Origin: a virus
Taxonomy: Duplodnaviria; Caudoviricetes
Virus record (IMG/VR): IMGVR_UViG_3300048881_000104
Span: 1-48,062 of that record
Length of the DNA: 48,062 nt
Direction: 5' to 3' (one strand)
The notes beneath the pieces were generated by a model. It saw only the letters and a list, made by a program, of their open reading frames with translations, was not told the DNA's origin and searched no databases. The translations under genes and the position numbers were made by a program. Below are positions 16,827 through 25,593 of this stretch, piece by piece. Within the stretch, counting starts at the first letter, position 1, and each line of letters opens with the position of its first letter.

Positions 16827-18167
16827 ATGATTTATAAACCATTAATGATAGTTGCTACACTTCTTATGTTGTTTCCCACCCAAGTAATTTCACAGGATTG
16901 GGTTCGCCGTCTCGCTTATGTAGATCGTCCAGATAAACTTGTTGAGAAAGCAATAGAAGACGAACCAATAACATATACGAGAGATGTTGCACCAATCATT
17001 CAACAGAATTGTCAGATTTGTCATCGGGCGGGATCTGTTGCTCCTATGTCTTTTACTGATTATCGTGATGTTCGCCGTTATGCCCGTAGGATTAAAGATC
17101 AAGTGGCCCGGCGACTAATGCCCCCCTACCATCTTGATACGGGTGTCGGCATTCAGGAAGTTAAGGACGATTGGAGATTGAGTGACGAGGAAATTCAAAC
17201 TATTGTTGAATGGGTAGACGCTGAAACGCCGGAAGGAGATCCAGCAGATTTGCCCGAACCAATAGAGTGGGTAGATGAACAACGATGGCAACAAGAAGAC
17301 AATCTTGGTCCTCCCGATCATATTATTAAAACTTTACCATTTGACGTTCCGCCAGAAGGAGGTGACTTGTGGTGGAGGCCCGTAGTGCCTACTAACCTTA
17401 CTACAGAGAGATGGATTCGGGCAATGGAAGTTAGACCATCTGCCCCAGCAGGGAGACAAGTTGTACACCACGCTAATCCTAAATTATTAAGAAAGGATGA
17501 GAGTGGAGAATATCGTCCAATGGGCAATCTTTCTGAATATGCTATGGGTAAGATTGGAGAAATTGTACCATCAGATGCTGCTCGTCTTTTGAAACCTGAC
17601 GATCAGATTGAATGGGATACTCATTATTATCCTATGGGATTTGAAGTTCCTGGCGATCAAATTGAGCTAGGTGTTTGGTTCTATCCTGAAGGATTTGAAC
17701 CCGAATTTGAACAGAATTTGAGACTTTATCCCCTTTCCGGTGATATTTTCTTGGAGCCGGGCGGAACATCTATGACACAGGGATTCTATCGTTGGGACCA
17801 TCCGGTTCGTATTGATAGTTTTCAACCACACGGTCATGTACATTTACATGGAATGTCTGTTCAGGCGGTTTATCCAAGTGGACGAACTGAACTTCTTAGT
17901 ATGGTAAGTGATTTTGATGCTAGGTGGCACCACAGTTACATCTTTGATGATGATGTTGCACCACTATTACCCGAAGGAACAGTAATTGTTATGACGGGTT
18001 GGTATGAAAATACAGCAGACAATCCTTTGACCGATTCTGAAATGTTTTATGCTCGTGGCAGCCGTACCGTGGATGAGATGTCACACGCTTGGATTGCTGT
18101 GACGCATTTAACTGAAGAGGGGTATGAAAAGTTAGTAGAAGAACGAGAATCTAAAGTTGTGAGTTAG
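16827..18167 (+). CDS. Exported cytochrome c / copper type II (PHM/DBH-like) monooxygenase fusion
   Basis: Signal-peptide-like N-term. Heme motif CQICH with MPP axial Met. VVHHA and WDTHY (CuH), QPHGH and DEMSH (CuM). Confidence 0.8.
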   Translation: MIYKPLMIVATLLMLFPTQVISQDWVRRLAYVDRPDKLVEKAIEDEPITYTRDVAPIIQQNCQICHRAGSVAPMSFTDYRDVRRYARRIKDQVARRLMPPYHLDTGVGIQEVKDDWRLSDEEIQTIVEWVDAETPEGDPADLPEPIEWVDEQRWQQEDNLGPPDHIIKTLPFDVPPEGGDLWWRPVVPTNLTTERWIRAMEVRPSAPAGRQVVHHANPKLLRKDESGEYRPMGNLSEYAMGKIGEIVPSDAARLLKPDDQIEWDTHYYPMGFEVPGDQIELGVWFYPEGFEPEFEQNLRLYPLSGDIFLEPGGTSMTQGFYRWDHPVRIDSFQPHGHVHLHGMSVQAVYPSGRTELLSMVSDFDARWHHSYIFDDDVAPLLPEGTVIVMTGWYENTADNPLTDSEMFYARGSRTVDEMSHAWIAVTHLTEEGYEKLVEERESKVVS

Positions 18168-18177
18168 TAGTTGTTAT

Positions 18178-18360
18178 TTATGTACATATTAATTTTTTGT
18201 CAAGAGTAGTCATAATTTCATTGGTAATGACATATATGGCTGCATTTGAATTAAGATTTGCATTCATTTTACCGTGTTTTGTTAATACATCAGCAATACG
18301 TTGTCTTATAATCTTTTGTTTTTCTTCTTCTTCTTTGATAAATTTTTGATAATCTAACAT
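18178..18360 (-). CDS. Small hypothetical protein
   Basis: Fills the intergenic gap. GGAG SD and TATTTATA on its own sense strand, 20 nt upstream. Confidence 0.65.
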   Translation of the reverse strand: MLDYQKFIKEEEEKQKIIRQRIADVLTKHGKMNANLNSNAAIYVITNEIMTTLDKKLICT

Positions 18361-18380
18361 AAATTATTCTCCATTTTATA

Positions 18381-18417
18381 TATAAATAGTCTTCTTAAAG
18401 TTACCCTACTATTTATA
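18381..18417. promoter_or_regulatory. Divergent pair of TATTTATA motifs
   Basis: TATAAATAGT (18381-18390) and ACTATTTATA (18408-18417) form an inverted repeat between divergent genes. Confidence 0.65.
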
Positions 18418-18441
18418 GTCAGGAAAATTTACACAGAGAGA

Positions 18442-19887
18442 ATGTTAATGGCAACCACACCAGAATATATTTCCTATGATGGCAATCCAACAAATCCAAA
18501 TGGATTAACTCCTTTCGGTATTTTTGATAGTGAAGCTCTTTTTCAAACAGATGGTCCAAAGGTTGCAAATTTTGTAGCAACACGTTTGGGATATCCTATA
18601 ATGGATGTAGAACTTCAAGATTTACAAATTTATACATGTTTGGAAGAATCGGTCATTGAATATGGAAAACAAGTAAATCAGTTTAGAATTAGAGATAATA
18701 TGTATACCCTTCTGGGTTCATCTACTGATGAAGATTATACTCAAAAAAACATCATAGCTACTCCCCTTGATCAAGTTGTTCGATTATCAGCGGAGTATGG
18801 AACTGAAGCACTGTCGGGTGGAAATGTAGAATTAAAGAGAGGACATTTTACTGCTTCTATTGGCACCGCTTCTTATGATTTGAATGCTTTGTGGGCTACA
18901 CCAAGCGAGAGTGGTAAACCAATTGAACTTAGAAAGGTATACCACCAAGGTACTCCGTCTATTGCTAGATATTATGATCCATTTGCTGCTACGGGCATGG
19001 GTATTACAAATTTATTTTCTGAATTTGGATTTGATGATTATTCTCCGGCGATTACATTTGTTATGATGCCAGCTTATGAAGATATGCTTCGTGTTCAAGC
19101 TATTGAAATTAATGATGTAGTTCGGAAAAGTCAATATACTTTTACAGTTTCTAAAAATAAACTTAGAATTTCGCCAATCCCGTTATCTTCCTATACAGTA
19201 TTTTTTGATTATTATGTTACAAATGAAAAGTCGGGATCAGCTATTCAATCGGGAAGGTCTGTAACACTCGCTACGGGAACCCTTTCATTAACAAGTGGTT
19301 CTGCGGCTATGACAGTAACCGATGTCGGTCATGGAGCTAGTGTGGGAGATAAGGTAAATATTGATGGGGTGGTTGGATCAACTATCGGTGGTGTAGCTGT
19401 ATCTAATTTTAATAAAACACATACCATTACCACAGCCCCCACAGCAAATACATGGACAGCTACACTTGATGCAAATGCCAGTATTGCTGCTACAGCGTGG
19501 GGAGGTAGTGTTGTTGCTACATATGGAGTTGGTGTTAATCAATTTGTGAGTGATGTTTCAAACGTTCCACTATCTCATCTACCGTATGCAAATATTAATT
19601 CCGTTGGTAAAGTATGGATTTACAAGTATACTTTAGCTCTTGCTAAAGAGCTTCTTGGACTCATTCGTTCTAAATATGAAAGAGTTCCTATTCCAAACGC
19701 AGATATTAGAATGGACGGAGAAACTCTCAGGAGAGAAGCTGTTCACGAAAAAGAACAATTGATTAAAGAATTGCAAGAAACCTTACAAGCTTCGGGAAGG
19801 ATAGAACAGATGAAAGCTCAAGCTGAGTCTGCAGAACATCAAGCCCAGATTCTCCAGAAAGTACCCATTCCAATTTATGTAATGTAA
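18442..19887 (+). CDS. Neck/head-completion protein (gp13-like) with an inserted beta domain
   Basis: LGYPIMDVEL, WIYKYTLALAKELLGLIRSKY..IP, position after the MCP. Insert at about 19258-19530. Confidence 0.8.
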   Translation: MLMATTPEYISYDGNPTNPNGLTPFGIFDSEALFQTDGPKVANFVATRLGYPIMDVELQDLQIYTCLEESVIEYGKQVNQFRIRDNMYTLLGSSTDEDYTQKNIIATPLDQVVRLSAEYGTEALSGGNVELKRGHFTASIGTASYDLNALWATPSESGKPIELRKVYHQGTPSIARYYDPFAATGMGITNLFSEFGFDDYSPAITFVMMPAYEDMLRVQAIEINDVVRKSQYTFTVSKNKLRISPIPLSSYTVFFDYYVTNEKSGSAIQSGRSVTLATGTLSLTSGSAAMTVTDVGHGASVGDKVNIDGVVGSTIGGVAVSNFNKTHTITTAPTANTWTATLDANASIAATAWGGSVVATYGVGVNQFVSDVSNVPLSHLPYANINSVGKVWIYKYTLALAKELLGLIRSKYERVPIPNADIRMDGETLRREAVHEKEQLIKELQETLQASGRIEQMKAQAESAEHQAQILQKVPIPIYVM

Positions 19888-19888
19888 T

Positions 19889-20347
19889 ATGCCTAAATTC
19901 GTTTCTAGTAAAGATTTTGCGTTTTTCCAACACGTTAATAAAGAAATTAGCGCGGAAATAATTGATACACTGGTTACTCTATATAAATTAAATCTTGATT
20001 ATGTAAATACAAATATTTATGGAGAATCTACTGAAAAGATTTCTTATACTGGTGTAGAACTTTCTGCTTTTATTGATTACAAACCAAATACAGTTATTAA
20101 TAATGCTGATTTTGGAATTGATCAAACACAAGAATCAGAATTTAGATTTGTTCGTAGTATACTTGAAGAACGTCATATTTATCCAGAAATTGGTGACATT
20201 ATTGGTTACAATGATGCTTTTTATGAGATTAATAATATTAGAGAAGTTCAGTTGATTGCAGGAAGGCCCGGATATAACGAGTCAATTATCTGCGAGACAC
20301 ATCTGACAAGAAGAAGTAATATTCAAATTGAACCTAGGCAAGTATGA
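19889..20347 (+). CDS. Neck/head-closure protein (gp14-like)
   Basis: NIYGES and PEIGDII..NDAFYEI. Synteny with gp13 and gp15. Confidence 0.7.
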   Translation: MPKFVSSKDFAFFQHVNKEISAEIIDTLVTLYKLNLDYVNTNIYGESTEKISYTGVELSAFIDYKPNTVINNADFGIDQTQESEFRFVRSILEERHIYPEIGDIIGYNDAFYEINNIREVQLIAGRPGYNESIICETHLTRRSNIQIEPRQV

Positions 20348-21138
20348 CTAATGTTAATATAGATGCATCCGCAGATAATTCAAAAAAATATAAAAATCGT
20401 GGATTAGATATAAAAGCAGAAGAATCGACCAGAATTTCTGTTTCTTTGGTCGATATTGATAGCGCTATAATTAAATATATGGAAGAAGTTATTCAACCAT
20501 TTGTTGTTCAAGATGAACTTAAAGTTACAGTTCCTATCTTGTATGCAAATCCAGAACGTTGGAAAAATACAAGAAAGGATGGTGTGTTGAGAGATGTACG
20601 GGGAAAACTACAAATTCCTCTTATTATGATTAAAAGAGATAGTATTGCAAAAAACGCATTAAATAACCCAGTTAACAAATATTTAGAAAGAGACTTTTAT
20701 TCAACATCGTGGAATCCTAGAAATAAGTACGATAGATTTAGAATACAAAATGGAATTGCTGAGAGTAAGCGGTATGTTTCTGTAATGTATCCAGATTTTT
20801 ATGATGTGGAATATAGTTGTATGATTTGGACAGAATATCAACAACAGATGAACGGGTTGGTAGAACAAATATCTTTTGAGGTTGAGAATTATTGGGGAGA
20901 GAACGATAAATATAAATTTAAGACAAGCGTAGAGGAATATACAAATTCTGTAGTACTGCCAAAATCCGCAGATAGGCTGGTTAGGTCTGAATTTAAAATG
21001 ACGGTCAAAGCTTATTTGTTACCAGAGGCTACTATAGATAAATATGGAAAGCCAATTGATACGAATATGGTTAGATTTACAAATAAGAAATTAGTAGTAA
21101 CTGAAAGAATAGATTTGGGCGACGGTGAAATTGGGTAA
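20344..21138 (+). CDS. Tail terminator/sheath stabiliser (gp15-like)
   Basis: VPILYANPERW, PLIMIKR, IWTEYQQQMN. Synteny. Confidence 0.7.
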   Translation: MTNVNIDASADNSKKYKNRGLDIKAEESTRISVSLVDIDSAIIKYMEEVIQPFVVQDELKVTVPILYANPERWKNTRKDGVLRDVRGKLQIPLIMIKRDSIAKNALNNPVNKYLERDFYSTSWNPRNKYDRFRIQNGIAESKRYVSVMYPDFYDVEYSCMIWTEYQQQMNGLVEQISFEVENYWGENDKYKFKTSVEEYTNSVVLPKSADRLVRSEFKMTVKAYLLPEATIDKYGKPIDTNMVRFTNKKLVVTERIDLGDGEIG

Positions 21139-21217
21139 TTTTGAGAATTAAAAGACATATTTATGATACGAGGAGGGAAGACTTCCCCCCATATGGTTTT
21201 TTACAAGAAGGGTTACT

Positions 21218-21460
21218 ATGAGTAAGATTACTGAAGAAGAGCTACAAAAAGTTAAAGATACCCGTCAAGTGGTGTCGGTAGTTGCTGAGTATTTAAGTGA
21301 GTTAGTTCTTCAGCAAACGGTTTTGGATAATTTGGTTAAGAATACAAAACAAGAGTTTTTGGATTCGGTTTCAGAAGAAGAAAAGTATTTCACTGAACTT
21401 AATAAAAAGTACGGTGAGGGGTTATTGAATATAGAAACAGGTGAAATTGAAACTTCTTAA
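21218..21460 (+). CDS. Small coiled-coil hypothetical protein
   Basis: Ends KYGEGLLNIETGEI. TATTTATG upstream at 21158. Confidence 0.7.
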   Translation: MSKITEEELQKVKDTRQVVSVVAEYLSELVLQQTVLDNLVKNTKQEFLDSVSEEEKYFTELNKKYGEGLLNIETGEIETS

Positions 21461-21473
21461 TGGAGATTAAGAT

Positions 21474-23891
21474 ATGGCAGAGCGAGTAGTCAGCCCCGGC
21501 GTATTTACCCGCGAACGAGACTTATCTTTCTTAGAGCAAGGTGTAGCTAATATTGGTGCGGCTTTTGTTGGTGTTGCTCAGAAAGGTCCAGCATTCATTC
21601 CAGTGATTGTTGATAGTCAAACAGAGTTCGAAGAGAGATTTGGTAAAGCAGATGAATATAGTTATCTAGGATATACTGTTCAAAATTATTTACAAGAAGC
21701 ACAATCAGCAACCGTGGTTCGTGTTCTTGGACTAGATGGGACCAGTGCAGAAGCAACTACTCTTAAAACCACCAAATTGATTGTTAGTGGTGCGGGTGGC
21801 ACGCGAGTAGCAGCTATCTTCCACCCAACTCTCAGCGGATCTACAATAACTTCTGCTTCTGTTGTTGCTCCAACAATGACCAATGTTACGATGCACTTGA
21901 GTTCTTCAGGTGGTGCTGCTGGTACATCCGGTACCGCTACTTGGACAGCTGTTAATATTTCTGGATCAAGTGCTAGTAGCATAAGAAATGCAATAGGAAC
22001 CAATCCTTACGGAACGAAGCCCGGATATGTATATGCCTTTTTCCCCGATGCGGTTGATCCGACACGGGGAGGTATTACATTTGCTGCTGCTTCTACTGTA
22101 ACCGGAACTGCGGCTGTAAACTTTAGTGGATCAAGAAGTTCATCCCCTGCTGCTTACACCAATGCAAAGACCCCATATATTCGTTCACAACAAATTAGTG
22201 GAAATCGCTGGAATCTATTTAAGGTTCATACGTTGGCCGATGGTTCAAATACAAATAAAGCATATAAGATTTCAATCCAATCTATTAAATACCAAACACA
22301 GTCTGGAAGCTTTGGTACATTTTCCTTGTTGGTCAGGAGAGGTGGGGACACAGACGCTAATCCAGAGATTTTGGAACAATATGACAACTTAAATTTAGAT
22401 CCAAATAGTTCGGACTTCATTGCTAGACGAATTGGAAATAGTGCTCCGTTTACAGATTCAGTGTCCGCGGAAACGTATTATCAAGGAGACTATGCAAATA
22501 AGAGTAGATATGTCAGAATTGAATTAAGTGCAGATGCTTATGGATTGCCAGAAACGGCGCTCCCTTACGGGTTTGCAGCGTTATCTACACCGTGGGCTGC
22601 TTCATCAGACGCAGTTACTCCATTGGTGATTGATAGTGCTTGGTCTTCGGCCACTGCCACGGGACATGGTGGTAATAAAACGCGAGATCCTAAATTATTT
22701 TATGGATATGACTATACTGCTACAAATTATACAAATCAGAGTTATCTTGCTCCGATTCCAGCCAATGCTACAACGGTAAGTTATATACCAGATAAATCTA
22801 CCAGTGCTCACATTCCTGCAGCGGTAACTGAGTTTTCGTTAGACAATACGAGAGCTAGTGAGGTAGATGGAAGTAACTTGAGTATTACAACTTCTTCTCA
22901 CGTTACCTATCGTAAATTTACGATACCAATGCAGGGCGGGTATGATGGATTCAAACCAAGTCGCGAGAGAACACTTGGTGAGTCCATTGTGTCTACAAAT
23001 ACACAAGGATTTGATTTGTCAACATCTACCACAGAAGGTTCTGTGGCCTTTAAGAAGGCAGTTGACGCAATTAAGAATCCTGAATCATTTGATATTAACA
23101 TGTTAGTAATTCCTGGCGTTAATTATGAACAACACCCTTATATTGCTCAATACGCAATTGATGTGTGTGAGGATAGACAAGATTGCTTCTATATCATGGA
23201 TTTGGCTAGTTGTCCCGCTACAGTAGCTACAGCAATTTCAACGGCTGCTTCAACGGATACAAATTATGCTGCTGGATACTATCCGTGGGTTAAAGTTCTA
23301 AATACCAATACTAACAGATATGTTTGGGCACCACCTTCAGTTGTGTTGCCTGAGGTGTTTGCTTTCAATGACAATGCTGCTGCTGAGTGGTTTGCTCCTG
23401 CTGGATTAAATCGTGGAGGAATCCCAGGCGCAACTCAAACAAAGAGTCGTTTGACTAGAGCAACTAGAGATGAACTTTATGAAAATAAGGTTAATCCGAT
23501 TGCTACATTCCCCGGGCAAGGTATTGTTGCTTTTGGACAGAAGACATTACAGAAGAAAGCTAGTGCTCTTGATCGGATCAATGTTCGGCGTCTTTTGATT
23601 GCTTTGAAGAAGTTTGTTGCTTCATCGTCAAGATACCTAGTGTTTGAACAAAACACAGAAGCTACGAGAAACCGCTTCTTGAATATTGTTAATCCATACT
23701 TGGCTAGTGTTCAGGAAAGACAAGGATTGTACGCTTTCCGTGTGGTCATGGATGACACAAATAATACGCCAGATGTAATTGATAGAAACCAATTGGTTGG
23801 TCAGATCTATCTACAACCTGCTCGGGCAGCTGAATTCATTGTTCTTGATTTCAACATTATGCCAACGGGTGCTACATTCCCCGGCAGTTAA
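21474..23891 (+). CDS. gp18: Tail sheath protein (gp18-like)
   Basis: SPGVFTRERD, WFAPAGLNRG, FGQKTLQ..SALDRINVRRL, QPARAAEFIVLDF. Confidence 0.95.
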   Translation: MAERVVSPGVFTRERDLSFLEQGVANIGAAFVGVAQKGPAFIPVIVDSQTEFEERFGKADEYSYLGYTVQNYLQEAQSATVVRVLGLDGTSAEATTLKTTKLIVSGAGGTRVAAIFHPTLSGSTITSASVVAPTMTNVTMHLSSSGGAAGTSGTATWTAVNISGSSASSIRNAIGTNPYGTKPGYVYAFFPDAVDPTRGGITFAAASTVTGTAAVNFSGSRSSSPAAYTNAKTPYIRSQQISGNRWNLFKVHTLADGSNTNKAYKISIQSIKYQTQSGSFGTFSLLVRRGGDTDANPEILEQYDNLNLDPNSSDFIARRIGNSAPFTDSVSAETYYQGDYANKSRYVRIELSADAYGLPETALPYGFAALSTPWAASSDAVTPLVIDSAWSSATATGHGGNKTRDPKLFYGYDYTATNYTNQSYLAPIPANATTVSYIPDKSTSAHIPAAVTEFSLDNTRASEVDGSNLSITTSSHVTYRKFTIPMQGGYDGFKPSRERTLGESIVSTNTQGFDLSTSTTEGSVAFKKAVDAIKNPESFDINMLVIPGVNYEQHPYIAQYAIDVCEDRQDCFYIMDLASCPATVATAISTAASTDTNYAAGYYPWVKVLNTNTNRYVWAPPSVVLPEVFAFNDNAAAEWFAPAGLNRGGIPGATQTKSRLTRATRDELYENKVNPIATFPGQGIVAFGQKTLQKKASALDRINVRRLLIALKKFVASSSRYLVFEQNTEATRNRFLNIVNPYLASVQERQGLYAFRVVMDDTNNTPDVIDRNQLVGQIYLQPARAAEFIVLDFNIMPTGATFPGS

Positions 23892-23947
23892 TCGTTATAT
23901 TTTAGAATAAGCTGATAATTATATAAAAGACCTTTTGGAGACGAAAC

Positions 23948-24436
23948 ATGGCAAACCTAGTTAATGAACAAGAACTATTCTTCAAGGCATTTGAGCCGAA
24001 GATGGCAAATAGATTTATTCTATATGCCGATGGTCTTCCAGCGTATGTGGTCAAAGGTGTTGCAAGACCTTCATTAACTCAAGATGCAAAGGTTCTTAAT
24101 CATATTAATGTTCAACGATATGTTAAGGGTCGTACTGTGTGGGGAGCAATCAACATGACACTGTTTGATCCTATTGTTCCTTCTTCTGCTCAGTCCGTAA
24201 TGGAATGGGTTCGCCTTCATCACGAAAGTGTAACGGGTAGAGATGGATATGCTGATTTTTATAAAAAGGATTTAACAATTAATGTGCTGGGGCCCGTGGG
24301 AGATAAAGTTGAAGAGTGGATTCTTAAAGGATGCATGATTACTCAGGCTACTTTTGGTGAGTTAAATTTTGATGCTGACGATCCGATGCAAGTGCAGGTG
24401 ACTGTTCAGCCCGATCTGTGTATTTTGAATTACTAA
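23948..24436 (+). CDS. gp19: Tail tube protein (gp19-like)
   Basis: Follows the sheath. FEPKMANRF, YKKDLTINVLGPVGDKVEEWILKG. Confidence 0.85.
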   Translation: MANLVNEQELFFKAFEPKMANRFILYADGLPAYVVKGVARPSLTQDAKVLNHINVQRYVKGRTVWGAINMTLFDPIVPSSAQSVMEWVRLHHESVTGRDGYADFYKKDLTINVLGPVGDKVEEWILKGCMITQATFGELNFDADDPMQVQVTVQPDLCILNY

Positions 24437-24470
24437 ATTTCTTAATAAGAAATATAAAAAATACTAAAAG

Positions 24471-24500
24471 AACCTCCTCAGCATTGGGGAGGTTTTATTT
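24471..24500 (+). terminator. Rho-independent terminator after the tail tube gene
   Basis: AACCTCCTCA-GCAT-TGGGGAGGTT (10-bp stem with one G-U pair), then TTATTT. Confidence 0.8.
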
Positions 24501-24546
24501 TATATAAAAATACTTATAGTAAGACACTTAATTCGGATTAGAAATT

Positions 24547-24894
24547 ATGCCACAAAGTACAAACTTAACAGTAGGTCAGGGTGAAACATTTAAAATTTTA
24601 GTTTCAATCACTGATCAGACCAATACGCCACTCGACATAACCCTTCGACAATTCAGTGGTTCGGTTCGGGAAACATATTCTTCAGAAGATTCTTCTGCAG
24701 AATTTGATTTTGAGAAGATATCACCAAATTCTTCTGGATCACTTTATGTTAGCTTACTTCCAGCGTCTTCTTCATTGTTAACCGCTGCGGATTATGTTTA
24801 TGATGTCATTATGGTAAGTGGGTCAGGCGCGACAGCGGAATCTCGTAGAATTATTGAAGGAAAGTTTACTGTAAGACCTTCTGTTACGAGATAA
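24547..24894 (+). CDS. Small Ig-like virion protein (fibre attachment candidate)
   Basis: QGETF...YVYDV...RIIEGKFTVRPSVTR pattern of myovirus virion proteins. TACTTATA 28 nt upstream. Confidence 0.65.
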   Translation: MPQSTNLTVGQGETFKILVSITDQTNTPLDITLRQFSGSVRETYSSEDSSAEFDFEKISPNSSGSLYVSLLPASSSLLTAADYVYDVIMVSGSGATAESRRIIEGKFTVRPSVTR

Positions 24895-24899
24895 CTTAA

Positions 24900-25562
24900 A
24901 TGCCCCACACGCTTCCCGATGGTATTGCTTTAGACATACCTGACATTAATGTTACGATAACTCCACAGTCAGAGTATAAAGTAACAATTCAGGCTGTTGA
25001 TACTTATCATAGTGTATTGGTTCAGGATACTACAAGTACTGTAACTAGAAACGCTAGTATATTTGTAGATGTAGCTGCATCTGCGAGTTTTGCAACTACG
25101 GCATCATATGCTATTGCTTCTTCAGGCCTTGCTAGTGAAGCTATAACCGCTCACACTGCATCACACGTTACAACAACGTTGACGCCGGGGGTGGGACTGC
25201 CCATACTTACGGGGTCAGTTATACTATCTGGTTCTACAACTACCGGAGTTATTGGTGAAACTGCTAATTTAGATCCTTCCATACCAACATCGTCTTTTCT
25301 TGGAGCGAATGTAGATTATAGAGCTTTTAGAGACGGTGCTGCAAGGCAAGGAATATTATTGGCTACTTGGTTGGGGGGAGGTAGTAGTGAAATTAGCTTT
25401 ACTGACGCATCTAGTGCTGATATCGGAGATACGTCAGATATATCGTTTTCTTTCGTTTTAACGGGAGCAAATGCACATTTGAGAATAACTAGTACAGGCT
25501 CCGGGCCCGATACTTGGACAGTACAAACCTTTTTTAGATTGTTTCCCAAATTTCCAACCTAA
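24900..25562 (+). CDS. Fibre adaptor protein
   Basis: Ser/Thr/Ala-rich. Its C-terminal domain is paralogous to the C-terminus of the next gene (FTD.S..DIGDTSD). Confidence 0.65.
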   Translation: MPHTLPDGIALDIPDINVTITPQSEYKVTIQAVDTYHSVLVQDTTSTVTRNASIFVDVAASASFATTASYAIASSGLASEAITAHTASHVTTTLTPGVGLPILTGSVILSGSTTTGVIGETANLDPSIPTSSFLGANVDYRAFRDGAARQGILLATWLGGGSSEISFTDASSADIGDTSDISFSFVLTGANAHLRITSTGSGPDTWTVQTFFRLFPKFPT

Positions 25563-25593
25563 TTATATATGAGATTCTATATGGAGAACATGA

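Noticed and set aside
18175-18203. Minus-strand TTGACA-17-TAAATA as an antisense promoter into the monooxygenase
   Set aside because: The -10 lacks the conserved final T and the -35 lies in coding sequence (LDK). Too weak without TSS data.
21172-21202. GGGAA-GAC-TTCCC hairpin as a terminator
   Set aside because: Three-nt loop and the U-tract is separated from the stem; not a convincing terminator.
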